From a virus: a DNA stretch of 64,000 nt. The position numbers were made by a program, and so were the translations under genes. This document shows, piece by piece, positions 32,310-43,700 of this stretch. The DNA is taken from the IMG/VR virus record IMGVR_UViG_3300042945_002791. One strand, 5' to 3'. Position 1 is the first letter of the stretch. Every line of letters starts with the position of its first letter. The notes beneath the pieces were generated by a model. That model made no database searches. It was not told where the DNA came from and saw only the letters and a list, made by a program, of their open reading frames with translations.

Positions 32310-34973
32310 TTATACTACTTTCAAGAGTTTGTCAGAAAAACTATCTGTTTTCTTAATCTGATATTTTAACACAAAATTATCTACGTACGCGCTTGATTCT
32401 ATATCGCTATCAAAACTTCTTATTACAATTTTGTATCTCATATTTTCTGGAATATATTCATATATTGCCCTAAAGTTTTTAACAGATTGACTAAAAACCA
32501 GATTTCGCCCCTGCTGAATAAAGTATATTTGAGAACTTCCCAAGCTAGGCAGTGCATATTTTACATTTCTATTTGGAAGATAGTTAGTTAAATTGATTGC
32601 GTAAGATCCATTTTCTAACTTAACTTGCACAGGACGATATTGATCTCTAGTGCCATTATAATTCATTCCAGTTACATCAGAATATGAATAATCTACTGAA
32701 AACTTTGAATAATCTATATAAGGATCATATGTAAGGGTTGCTTTATTTTCTGAACCCTGAGTAGACAATGGTTCTCCTGTGCCATTCTCATCAAATATTA
32801 TTCTAGAATAAAAAGCTTGACCAGAAACTAAAGAAAAATCTACTATGTTTGGATCAGTTATCTGTCTATCAACCTTGTAACTAGCAATGTATGTTTTAGA
32901 TGGGTCAAAAGATGATATTGTAATTATCCTACCAAAAGATGTTCCGTCTGCTGCCATCCTAGACATTGGTATTCTTTTTCCGTTTTCGTAAACAATAAGG
33001 CTAGAAAAAACTGCTGCAAATCTTAGTCTACACCTACCGTTTCCTAGGGTAGGCATCAGCATTTCTGTCGTTACGGAGTTTTCCCCATACGGAAGAATGG
33101 GAATCCAAGCGGAGTCTTCTGAAGCATCTTGTGCGATAGTCACAGAGTATTCTATTGATGCAGTATCTTTTAAGTCTAGATTTGAATTTGTTGATTTAGG
33201 AATTTCATTAACTGACTTAATTTTTAGCGCTCCTATATAGCCACCAGTTTGTATTCTTCTTGAAATAAAGAATGTTTTTGACTGCCTCAGATTATTTCCA
33301 ACATTTGAGTTTGAAGGTGAACTGTTAATTACGCTACCAAATTTAATACTTTTAATTGACATTGAGTATTCGTAAGATCCAGTTATATCATTATTGAATA
33401 ATTGGCCATGCAGATCAGATAGGCTAGAGGTTGCTATCATTTGAGATTCACTATGTGAAGATTGGGAATATGGTTGATTGTAACCAGAGATAGGAAGCGC
33501 TCCGTTATGATCAATATCTGAAACTTTTAATGGATTAAAAGAATTTTTAGTTGATATATAAACCGATGGAGACATTCTATACTTGGAGCCAAGAACATAT
33601 GAAACAATTGATTCAACGAAAATAGTTACTGGGTTGTTTGAACTAAACTTGTTTTTAGCATCTAATTCTATGAATGATTTTTTATCAGATAAAAATTCAC
33701 TTAAAGACCCATAAACTGGCTCTGTTTCAGAACATGGGTATCTATATGTATACATTGTCTGCACATATCTTGGGTCACTATTTTGATACGCTATATTATT
33801 TCTTATTAAAAAATATGAATAAACAATATCTTGGAGTTTGTCGTGACTATTTTTTCTAGCTTCTCTTATTTTAGATATGTAATCATTGAATATTTTTGCC
33901 TGTTGTTCTGAGGAAGAAGCGGTTAGTTGTATTCTTTTATATCTTGGTTGATTAAAAATTAGTTTAACAGATTTAACTGTTCTTTCTTCAAAAGAAATAT
34001 CTTTAACAGAATCTACCAAAATAGGAGAATCTAAAACCAATGTTTTATTACCTTGATCTATCCCCAGTGGATATAGAATAACTTGTACTACCTGAAAGTC
34101 TACACCCATATTTGGCGCTACTCTAATGCAGTTTATTCTTTGTGTTGAATCAAAGTCAAACACAACGCTAGCATTTGCTCCAGATATCTGTGAGTAATCA
34201 TAGCCAACATCAGATTCAAAATCTGTAATTCTAGATCTTAATATTGTTGGTGATTTGATTGTTACATTCCATGATTTAAAAGAGTTATCAGAAAACATAT
34301 TTTCTAAACTAGAAGAAGAAGATATGTACGAACTGTAATTATTTTTATAGTCTTTTATAGTTGGATTTTTTTGTACAGTTAAAAAACTGTTTCCATTTTT
34401 CATGGTTCCAGAAACAACATCTACCATTGCTATTTCATTGTCTAGAAAATAAGATCCATCTCTATCTTTATATCTTTCAAAATAATTATCATTTTTAAAC
34501 AAATTAGAATCATCAGAAAAAGTCTCTACAAAAGATCCATTAAATAAGTCATCTTCTCCAGAAATAAAAGAAAAATTATCAACATATATTTCTAATTCTT
34601 TAATATTTTTTTCCAGTTTTGCGACTTCGGAACCAAGAACATCAATCATACTATTAAGAGTTGAACCTATAAGATTCATTGAATCAAAGTAGTTTACTGT
34701 TTCAATATTCATATTTCTAAAAAAGTCAATAAATGTATCAACGCTTCCATTTGTATAGGGTTGAACACCTATCCCAACATACCTATTTAAGGCACTTGAG
34801 TTGACCAACTTTTTAGCTATATCAGATATATTTCTTTTATCTCTTTTTGCCTCTATTATTAAATCAGAATATATTTTTCTAGAACCAAAAGAATATGAAT
34901 CTATATAAGAAGGTAATTTATTTTTCATTTTAACTTTCCTTCCATGATTGGCCAGAATAATCTTGTAACTCAA
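32310..34973 (-). CDS. putative tail/baseplate protein
   Basis: 887-aa ORF; real start is probably the internal MKNKLPSYIDSY, just after the upstream gene ends. Confidence 0.6.
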   Translation of the reverse strand: MSYKIILANHGRKVKMKNKLPSYIDSYSFGSRKIYSDLIIEAKRDKRNISDIAKKLVNSSALNRYVGIGVQPYTNGSVDTFIDFFRNMNIETVNYFDSMNLIGSTLNSMIDVLGSEVAKLEKNIKELEIYVDNFSFISGEDDLFNGSFVETFSDDSNLFKNDNYFERYKDRDGSYFLDNEIAMVDVVSGTMKNGNSFLTVQKNPTIKDYKNNYSSYISSSSSLENMFSDNSFKSWNVTIKSPTILRSRITDFESDVGYDYSQISGANASVVFDFDSTQRINCIRVAPNMGVDFQVVQVILYPLGIDQGNKTLVLDSPILVDSVKDISFEERTVKSVKLIFNQPRYKRIQLTASSSEQQAKIFNDYISKIREARKNSHDKLQDIVYSYFLIRNNIAYQNSDPRYVQTMYTYRYPCSETEPVYGSLSEFLSDKKSFIELDAKNKFSSNNPVTIFVESIVSYVLGSKYRMSPSVYISTKNSFNPLKVSDIDHNGALPISGYNQPYSQSSHSESQMIATSSLSDLHGQLFNNDITGSYEYSMSIKSIKFGSVINSSPSNSNVGNNLRQSKTFFISRRIQTGGYIGALKIKSVNEIPKSTNSNLDLKDTASIEYSVTIAQDASEDSAWIPILPYGENSVTTEMLMPTLGNGRCRLRFAAVFSSLIVYENGKRIPMSRMAADGTSFGRIITISSFDPSKTYIASYKVDRQITDPNIVDFSLVSGQAFYSRIIFDENGTGEPLSTQGSENKATLTYDPYIDYSKFSVDYSYSDVTGMNYNGTRDQYRPVQVKLENGSYAINLTNYLPNRNVKYALPSLGSSQIYFIQQGRNLVFSQSVKNFRAIYEYIPENMRYKIVIRSFDSDIESSAYVDNFVLKYQIKKTDSFSDKLLKVV

Positions 34974-37900
34974 AGATTACACCAGCAGTTAGAGAAGATC
35001 TTACTATTTCCCTAATGGCTGATTCACTCATGTAATTATTTAATTGCGCAGGCAATCTTACGATCACGTATCCTCCGCTGCTGTATGCAAATCCTCTTGG
35101 TCCACTAATGTCCCAGAAAGACTTTGCTTCAGGATGCTGCTGCATCAATTCTATCAGATTTGCGTCATACTTTATTCCGCCACCCTTTAATCTTAGGTCT
35201 TGAAGCTCTAAAGTATCTAATAGACTTTCATTTATAACATATATAGTAGCTAATAGCTGTGCAAAAGGATTGTATTTTGGATGAGTTGGATTAAATATTC
35301 TATTATCATTAGTTAATTTAATTGTTTCATCTATTTCATAAATATCGTTATTTGCCCTTTGAGCTGCTTCAAAACCAATGATCTGAACACTTCTAGGTAT
35401 CATATATATATAAATTGGTTTATTATATTCAATTTCAGAATTATATATAAATGGATTTATTTTAATAATTTTTGAATCTATTATTTTAATTGGTACTGCT
35501 GCTGCTTTAACCGCATACTTGACCCTAATATCTCTTGGATCATTTGGTATAACATTTGCTTTAGTATACACTATCCCAGAATTTGAATTAAAAGAATCAA
35601 TCTCAGAGAATTTTAATCTTCTCCATTGTCCATTCTCTTTTATGTCTATGAATACGAATGGTTTTATTGGTGAAGAAAAATACTCAGGATCATCAGATGG
35701 TTCATGTATATTTGCAAATGGAACTTGTCGCAGCCTAATTGTTCTTGAATCAATTAAATCAGGTATTTCATCTACAACGTCTATATATGGTTGACCTAAA
35801 ATTTGAGACCACCCTACATTATTGTAGTATGTTGTATCATAAAACGCCTTAGTTTGTATTTTATTTGATACTTCGTTGTGATACTTTGACATCCATAATA
35901 TGTCATCGTTTTGTATAATGTGAGGATTAACCTCAATATTTTTATTAAAAGATCCAGATGTTACAGAAACATACCATGGATCTCTTTTATCCAAAGATGA
36001 CTGAGGAGTAATAACTTTAATAGCAACTTTTTCATCCATGTAAACATTGTATATTGGAGATATTATTTTATTTGGAACCTGTAAAGTAGAAACCGGTATT
36101 GCAGAAAAACCTGTAAAATCAATATCGTCACTAACTGTATTCCCGTCATAATCAGTTGCTATAGCTCCTATGTAAACATTTTCTGGACCATTTCTTTCTT
36201 CATATTCTGCGTACGAAATGTTTTGTCCTAAAAACTTTCTACTTGATAGATCATAAAAACCATATATAATTCCTTGGCTATTAAAATTGCTATTAGTTTG
36301 TATTGATATATTTGTAATGTTTACAGATGACGTATCAGAAGAAGAACTTGCTGTTATAAAATTAGGAAAACCAACCGGTCTGCCGTTTGCATCACTAAAA
36401 CAAACAATCCCATCTATGTAATTAATTGAATTTTTGTTTATTGGACTTACTGCTAGGGCTGGATTCTGATTTGTTCTTAGGTTAGCAACATATAAATGTC
36501 TGTGTTCTCCAAGAACCTGCTCTCCTCCATACTGTGTGGTGGAGGAGAGTGCTGATACGTTTAAATCATAAGTGGTTTGAATTGTATATTGGTTTGCACT
36601 TTGGGTATTCGTTATAGATCTTGTTATGTAGTTAATGTATTGATGAGTTGTTGATGGAGTTGATCCCGTTTCTGCAACTGCAAAATTACTAATTGTTGCT
36701 GCGCTACTTTCTATCGATGCTTCCTGCATTTTAAATTTAACATTACCATAGTTTGCAACTGCTGTAGTCTCATAATCTGAAGTAGATATCGGAATAATTC
36801 TTCCTGGAATTATTGAGTTATCTGATACAGAAGTGTATGCAAATTCTCTTTCCGTGCTATCGGTTAAGACTTCGTATATTCTTGAAACATACAAATTTGT
36901 TAAAGATCTAACTGTTGCAGATGTAAATGATGTAGACTGCGGTGAATTAGCTGTAGTTATATTATTCTTTGTATAATCAAAATATACATCCGCATACACA
37001 TTGGCGTTGACGGTGACTTGTGGTGGAGGTGTATTTCCTCCACCATTTCCAGGATTATTCTGGTCGACTTTACACCAGAACCAAACTCCCTCTATAAAAA
37101 TTCCTTTTCCAGTTCCATATTTATTTACTGGAAGTTGTGAACCTCTTACTTTGAGTATAAGATATTTCCAACCAGTCCCAGAAACTCCATCAAGTGGAAA
37201 ATCTTGTGCCTCAGTAGCTGGTATTTCAACAGTCTTTCTTCCAGAAAGATCTTTTGAATTTAGCCAAGAAGATGAAAGGTCGTCTATAAGGAATTGAGCT
37301 AATCCAGTTGTAATATCGTAATCTTTAGCACTAAGAATAATGCTGTCAACATAAAGTTTTGCTCTACCAGCCTTTATCTCAATACTTTCTATAAACTTTG
37401 CGTTCAAAACAGATGCTGGTATTTTTAAATAAATAGTTGCTTCTATTTCAGAAGGAGCTTTTTTAGAATCTGTATAACTAATTCTTCTAATGGCTCCAGT
37501 TTTTGAAACTTCTTTTGGATCCGCAAATTGTATTGCTTTGTCTACAAAGGCAATAATTTTTTCTGCTATACCTGGTTTTTTTCTGCTCTCAAAATAATTT
37601 TTGATTTTTGTTTTTTCTGAATCTAGTTTTCCTTCATCATTCTTTTTTATCCAAAAATAGGCAAGAGCGCTCTTTGTTTGAGAGTCCACTTGACCATCAA
37701 TTACTCCAAGTCCATACTTTTGTTGGAAAGATCTTACAGCTGTGTTTGTGTTTGGACCAAAGGTTCCATCACTGGCAATATTGTACCCATCAGCTATTAG
37801 CGTAGACTGTATATAGTATACATAGTCTCCCGTTTGAAGATCTTCAGAATTTACTGAATACTGTCTATTCTCACCTGTTATATCTATGTCGCCAGTATAC

Positions 37901-40767
37901 GGATAGTGGTTCCACTCATCTTTGTAACCTCTAACTGTAAAGTTATGAGATTTTTCATAGTCAACAAGATCCTGCCTAACAGCGTATGTTTCAGGTATTT
38001 TGATGCCCATAATTGCAGAAACAGAACCAGGATAAACTGCTCCAGTTACACCAACTACAGTTGCTTTACTTGAGCTAAAAGCTTCTTGGCTAAATTCCCA
38101 ATAAATAATTTTACTTTGATCTGAATTTGGTGCTTCTGTGTCTGTGCCAGGATTATTTGAAGTTGCTGCTCGTTGATAGGTTATAGGTATTTTAATTCTA
38201 AAAGATATTCTATGAGATATATCAACAGACAAAGAAGACTCTGAACTGACAACTTTGTTCCATGAAGTTTTAAAATTGTATTGATAATTATAAATATTAT
38301 CATTAATTACATTTGGTTGATTTATTACTCTATTTTCTACTAATCTATATCTATCTGATATATAGAATTGTCCAAAATCTCTAGGCACATTGAATGGCAG
38401 AGATATTGTAGAGGTTTTAAATGTTGGTATCTGATTAGCTTCATCTAAAGTAAGCTTATAAGTTTTATATGGAGTTGTAATTCCAGAGTAAACAGGGCCC
38501 TGCATAATTGTTCCAACTTTAGGAGATATTGTAGAGTTTGTAAATTCGACGTAATACTCTATAACATCTTCTCCAGATGAAGCATATACCTCTGCATATT
38601 GGCTTGGTAGTGACCTATTAAAGTCTTCTAAAAATATTTGTTTATAGTTTTTGGGTCCAAGTATCCTGAAAAGATCGCCGTTCTGCTCTCTATATATATT
38701 ATATAGAGCGTATTCATCAATGTCATCATTCTTAATTAAAATATCATTATATGGGTTATTGTCATTTGATGTTGGGCCGTTGAGGCACCAGTCTGTTTTC
38801 CAACTTGTAGCATGAAACAAAGTTGGTAACGTTAAGGTTTGAGTAAATGTGTTGGCAGCATTTGATGTTGTGTAGTACTTTGAGGTAATTCCAGATATCA
38901 TGCTGTTATAGAAAAACTTTAGTGGTCCTTCAGAGTCGGATGTCAACAACGTAAAAGATGTATTTGCCCCTGATGCGTTTGGTGACGTACTTTGAAGGTA
39001 GTCTGCTCCTGCCTTCTTGTTTATTCCAACAGTATTTATGATTATATTTCCAGCAGTTATTGACGATGTTTCTTGAGAGTTCTTTTTAAACTGAGCAATT
39101 ACAGGGCCAACACTGTTGGATACTACTGAGTTATTAGAAAAGTTTGTTGGAAGAGCTTTTAGTGCATTTCCAGAATTATTAATTAACCCATAAACTCCGT
39201 ATCCAGCATCAAACTCGCTAGCAGATATATCCCAAGATTGATTCTCTGATTTTAAGTTTAACTCTGAATAGATACTGCTTTCAGACCTATTGTAAGTCAA
39301 AGATCCTGTTGCTACTCCAGATTGAAGTGATCCTGGCACTACTGGAAAAATGCTTTTTACCGAGTCTGATATCGAAGTTCCTTCAGATTCTATGAATAGA
39401 CATCCACCTGAATTAATAAAATCTCGTATTTTTTCAACATAAGTTGTTATGTTTGTATTTTCATTTATTACAAGAACAAGAATATCAAACGACCTTGCTT
39501 GCGCAGTCGTTATTGTTGATAAATCAACAGTCCAATAGGTATCGTCTGAGTTTGTTTTCTGAATCTGTCGAGCATCAGCAATTGGATTTGTGAATACATA
39601 ATTATATATATTAATTGGATTATTTTGAGAATTAAATTTACCAAATATTTTATGATGTTCAACATATGATTCTTTTGTATTAGATTTTATAACTGCAGCT
39701 TTAATTATTCCCGCAGATCTATCGGATCCATTTGACGACCCATCTATTCTATTTGCGTAGTCTAAAGTTCTTTTTACTTTACCAATAATTCTCCAGTTAA
39801 AAACTTCATAAGACCTGTTGTCCGGCAGTGCTTTTCTATTAACATATATATTAAAACCTCTAGAATCAAATGCTCCACCAGTAGAAAACATGTCTTCTAA
39901 TTTTTCGCTACTTTTTGTAGCAAAAGTTTTATTATACCTTGCTGCTACATCAACTGCAAAAGTTTCTTCGCCTTCTTTTGTAAAAAGTGGTACTGCGTTT
40001 ATTTGTTCGGAGTGTTTTATGTTTTCATTGGTTATTTCTAAATCACTGGTTAATTCAAGCTTTGGATAAACTAATATCAAATTAGATGGGTTGGGATCCT
40101 CTATTAGAACTATTATCCTACAAATCCTATCAAACTGAGATATTCTTTTTTCGTTGTAGGACTCTAAGAATATATCGTATTTCTTTTTTCCACTTTGATC
40201 TACATACGGAGATCCGTCAGCATAGGTTACATATATGTCATTTATTGATATATTTAAACTTGCCCTAGATTTTCTTTGGGTATCTAAGGAATTTTCTAGT
40301 GAAGCTATTCTTCTATTTCCATAGTCTATAAAATTAATAGAGCTACCTTTTACGTTTTCTTGTGCGGTAAAATATCTACTGACATAATACGAGTGGTAGT
40401 AATCTGAGCTAGACAACTTTCCAAACGTATTCTGATTTAATTTGATTACATCTACGTACTTAGTGTCAACTGGCTCAGACGCCCTAAAATCAGAAACATA
40501 AACATTTTCTGTTGGGAATCTTGTTGATCCAGTTATGGGATCGTAAAGCATGCCGACTTCATTTGCTAAAACAGAAGATTGTTTGTTTTTAAATTCTAAA
40601 ACATTTTCTTTAATTGCAGTAGATGAATCTATAACCACTAAAGAAGAACCTGGTGTTACATCTTCTGTTTTTATATATCCAAGATTTATTGCATCAGAGG
40701 GTAAAGTTAAACCCTTTTTGATCTTTTTTTCATTAGAATTTTCTATATTATTATTAAATTTTTTCAT
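34930..40767 (-). CDS. giant tail-associated protein with peptidoglycan-binding-like domain
   Basis: 1945-aa ORF; VQSTLIADGYNIASDGTFGPNTNTAVRSFQQKYGLGVIDGQVDSQTKSAL. Confidence 0.65.
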   Translation of the reverse strand: MKKFNNNIENSNEKKIKKGLTLPSDAINLGYIKTEDVTPGSSLVVIDSSTAIKENVLEFKNKQSSVLANEVGMLYDPITGSTRFPTENVYVSDFRASEPVDTKYVDVIKLNQNTFGKLSSSDYYHSYYVSRYFTAQENVKGSSINFIDYGNRRIASLENSLDTQRKSRASLNISINDIYVTYADGSPYVDQSGKKKYDIFLESYNEKRISQFDRICRIIVLIEDPNPSNLILVYPKLELTSDLEITNENIKHSEQINAVPLFTKEGEETFAVDVAARYNKTFATKSSEKLEDMFSTGGAFDSRGFNIYVNRKALPDNRSYEVFNWRIIGKVKRTLDYANRIDGSSNGSDRSAGIIKAAVIKSNTKESYVEHHKIFGKFNSQNNPINIYNYVFTNPIADARQIQKTNSDDTYWTVDLSTITTAQARSFDILVLVINENTNITTYVEKIRDFINSGGCLFIESEGTSISDSVKSIFPVVPGSLQSGVATGSLTYNRSESSIYSELNLKSENQSWDISASEFDAGYGVYGLINNSGNALKALPTNFSNNSVVSNSVGPVIAQFKKNSQETSSITAGNIIINTVGINKKAGADYLQSTSPNASGANTSFTLLTSDSEGPLKFFYNSMISGITSKYYTTSNAANTFTQTLTLPTLFHATSWKTDWCLNGPTSNDNNPYNDILIKNDDIDEYALYNIYREQNGDLFRILGPKNYKQIFLEDFNRSLPSQYAEVYASSGEDVIEYYVEFTNSTISPKVGTIMQGPVYSGITTPYKTYKLTLDEANQIPTFKTSTISLPFNVPRDFGQFYISDRYRLVENRVINQPNVINDNIYNYQYNFKTSWNKVVSSESSLSVDISHRISFRIKIPITYQRAATSNNPGTDTEAPNSDQSKIIYWEFSQEAFSSSKATVVGVTGAVYPGSVSAIMGIKIPETYAVRQDLVDYEKSHNFTVRGYKDEWNHYPYTGDIDITGENRQYSVNSEDLQTGDYVYYIQSTLIADGYNIASDGTFGPNTNTAVRSFQQKYGLGVIDGQVDSQTKSALAYFWIKKNDEGKLDSEKTKIKNYFESRKKPGIAEKIIAFVDKAIQFADPKEVSKTGAIRRISYTDSKKAPSEIEATIYLKIPASVLNAKFIESIEIKAGRAKLYVDSIILSAKDYDITTGLAQFLIDDLSSSWLNSKDLSGRKTVEIPATEAQDFPLDGVSGTGWKYLILKVRGSQLPVNKYGTGKGIFIEGVWFWCKVDQNNPGNGGGNTPPPQVTVNANVYADVYFDYTKNNITTANSPQSTSFTSATVRSLTNLYVSRIYEVLTDSTEREFAYTSVSDNSIIPGRIIPISTSDYETTAVANYGNVKFKMQEASIESSAATISNFAVAETGSTPSTTHQYINYITRSITNTQSANQYTIQTTYDLNVSALSSTTQYGGEQVLGEHRHLYVANLRTNQNPALAVSPINKNSINYIDGIVCFSDANGRPVGFPNFITASSSSDTSSVNITNISIQTNSNFNSQGIIYGFYDLSSRKFLGQNISYAEYEERNGPENVYIGAIATDYDGNTVSDDIDFTGFSAIPVSTLQVPNKIISPIYNVYMDEKVAIKVITPQSSLDKRDPWYVSVTSGSFNKNIEVNPHIIQNDDILWMSKYHNEVSNKIQTKAFYDTTYYNNVGWSQILGQPYIDVVDEIPDLIDSRTIRLRQVPFANIHEPSDDPEYFSSPIKPFVFIDIKENGQWRRLKFSEIDSFNSNSGIVYTKANVIPNDPRDIRVKYAVKAAAVPIKIIDSKIIKINPFIYNSEIEYNKPIYIYMIPRSVQIIGFEAAQRANNDIYEIDETIKLTNDNRIFNPTHPKYNPFAQLLATIYVINESLLDTLELQDLRLKGGGIKYDANLIELMQQHPEAKSFWDISGPRGFAYSSGGYVIVRLPAQLNNYMSESAIREIVRSSLTAGVIFELQDYSGQSWKES

Positions 40768-40788
40768 CTTACATCCATTTTATAATAT

Positions 40789-43700
40789 TTAACTTGGATA
40801 CACATTGTTTTGATTCTTATACTCATAGTAACCATCTCCAAGTATTCCAGCCTGATACTGCGCATATCTGGGGATCTTAACCCAAGATGGTATATTTAAA
40901 GTATTCTTAGCAGATGGTATTGATTCATCTCCTGTTATATATGAAACTTTGTAGACTGGCGTTGCATAGAAATAGTTTATTTGATTACTTATAAAAGATT
41001 CTTGAATTGGATAGACTCTAATGCTAGATGAAGTGATAACATCATCTGCGTCCTCGTACCAGTGGACTATGTCACCAACAATCGTTTCTGGGCTTATATT
41101 TGTCACTGAACCATCTTCCATAACAGAATCAATAACCATAAACCAGTATCCTGGTGTGGCTGCATTCTGAGAGGTAATTGGTCCTATGGAGAAACTTCCG
41201 TTTTGAGAACTGAGTACTGATGAGCTATAAGGTAGATCAAATGCGTCTTTTAGTGTTCTTGCTTTTCTATAGTAAACTCTTATATTATTAACTGTGCTGT
41301 CTTGAGAAATAATTTTTCCTGTTACATATAAAGAAGACTGACCATCTGCCCTTATTGTTTGCTGTGAATTTTCTGCTATAAGTCTATTTGTTGTTTGTGC
41401 TGATCTTACAATTTGATAGTTTATAGTTGCACTATCGGTTGCTACGCTTTGTCCTGAGGCAACTCCAGAGATTAGAATTGTGTCATAACTAACTGTTGCT
41501 GGGTAGGCCCCTTTGTATCTTAGTTCTACAACAGCAAATCCTTCATCGTTTGTTGTAACAGTTGATGGAGTTGCAGATAAATTGCTTGAAGATATTGAAT
41601 AAGTTTGATAAGGCTTTGGATTGAGATTTTTATCCAGGCTTTCTATGGTGAGCAAAGAGTAGTCCGCATTGCGATTATCACTTATAACAGCTGGGTTCAT
41701 CTGCGCAATAAATCTATCGTATTCATAATTTGAATTGGTTAAATACACAAAGTGTTCACTATTCAAAGATACTATTGGAGAGTGATATAGCCCTGTTGGC
41801 GTAGCTGTGTCAAATATTGAAGACTCATATGTAACATTATATGTAAAAGGACCCTGTAAAGGTGTTGCTCCATACATTGGTGTTGAATCAAAATAAATCT
41901 TTGTACCAATTACTCCATTATTGTAATCTTCATTGTCTACATAATATGAGTTTCTAACTCTATATTTTACCTTATATTCTCTTCCCTCTTCTAAGATTAT
42001 AGGTGTTGCGTGATCGCTGACTGTAATCTTTTCTGTTTCTGAGAATTTGTTTTCAACGACAAAACTATTAGTTACTGAATCAAAAACCGATACGTCGTAT
42101 ACATTTTTGTAGCCTAAATAAAGATTGTTAGAATTTTTTGCTTCAATATACTCTATATTATAGAATGAATTTAATGACCTATCATTTTCTTCTACAAAGT
42201 TTGTTCTGGTCAGAAGATTTTCTGGATATTCAGAAATATCTATTATTATGGGAGCACTCTGCCTTGCTGCATTAGCAAGCCTGAACGAATAATTTGGAGT
42301 TGATCCGCTATTAACAAAAGATTCTTGTTTTGGCCTAGCATAGACATAGGTCTCTTCTTCGTCCAAATAATACCAGCCAGTGTGGATTTCTGATCCAAGA
42401 TTTGGATTAGTCCTAGTATTAAGTCTTGCTCTTATTGTAACATCTTCTATGTACCCATCTGTCAGGTCTCCAGAGAATTTCTCTTCATAGAAATCAGAAG
42501 GCTCTACTTCTGTATTGGGAATTCTTAAATCATCATCTTGACTAACTGTAAAATATGGTTTTATATTATTTTTATCTAGCCACATAATAACATTATTAGA
42601 CGATTCCTGGTACGGCATAACCTCTATATAATTAATGATATAGTTTGAAGAATTATTTTGATTAAATCCAAATTCATATCTATGAAAATCTTTAATTACA
42701 ACAACATCGCTTAACATTACCCCTGTCTTTGCGTCCTCTTCATTCTTGATGATACCTCTAGATGATATGTCAAAAGTAATCGGTGTTGCTAATTCCTTTT
42801 CAAAATACTTCCATTGCCCAACAACAAAAGGATAATTATATTGAATTTGTCCATTGTTTGTATAGTATTTATTGCTGTCTAACAATTGATTTTTTTCCCA
42901 ATATATATTTATATTTTGTGGTGTAGCTGCGCCGCTACTAATGTCATATTTCGGAGTTGCAAATAATTGAATAGAGCTTGTTGACTCGTCTTTTCTAATT
43001 AATATATGTGGAACAAGAATATCCTGATCAAACTCTGGATGATAGGAAAAACCACCGTAACCAATTGCCCCATTGTCTGAAGGGGTTGCATAGTCTGGAT
43101 CGATATATGCTGAAGGGCTAACGTTATCTATGTGCAGATATTTTGGTGTTGCTCCACCCCATCTTTGGTATATGTTTTGAGTAAAGCTTGAAAATGGTAT
43201 GGCCTGAATTGGAGTTGCTGACTGCATAGAGTTAGCATAGGGGGCCAGTGTTATTCTTCTTCTAATCTTAGGTGTGTAACCTGTAGAAACGCTGTATGAA
43301 TACATATCTGAAGCATATCTGAGATTAAAATTATTAAAAGATGGACTTGATTGAGACAAAGATGGGGTAGAATCAAAGTATATTCCTGTTGGATAATTTG
43401 CTGAATATATTTGACCCAAAGAAGCTAGTGCTAGATAAGATTGATTTGGAGTTGAATGATTTATTCTTTCATATCTTGGGGTAGAAGAAGAATATCTAAA
43501 GTGCCCATACTTTACTGAGCCAGAGGAAACTATATTTGACGGTATTCTATATGTTGAAGGAGTTGCAGAAAAATCACGATACTCTGAATTGTTGACTTTA
43601 CTCCTGAACCTTAGTGTTGGTTCAGTTCTATTGTCTATCTGACTAAATATATTATGAATTAGATAATCTGGAGTAGCAGAAGATCCTCTAATCGGAGCAT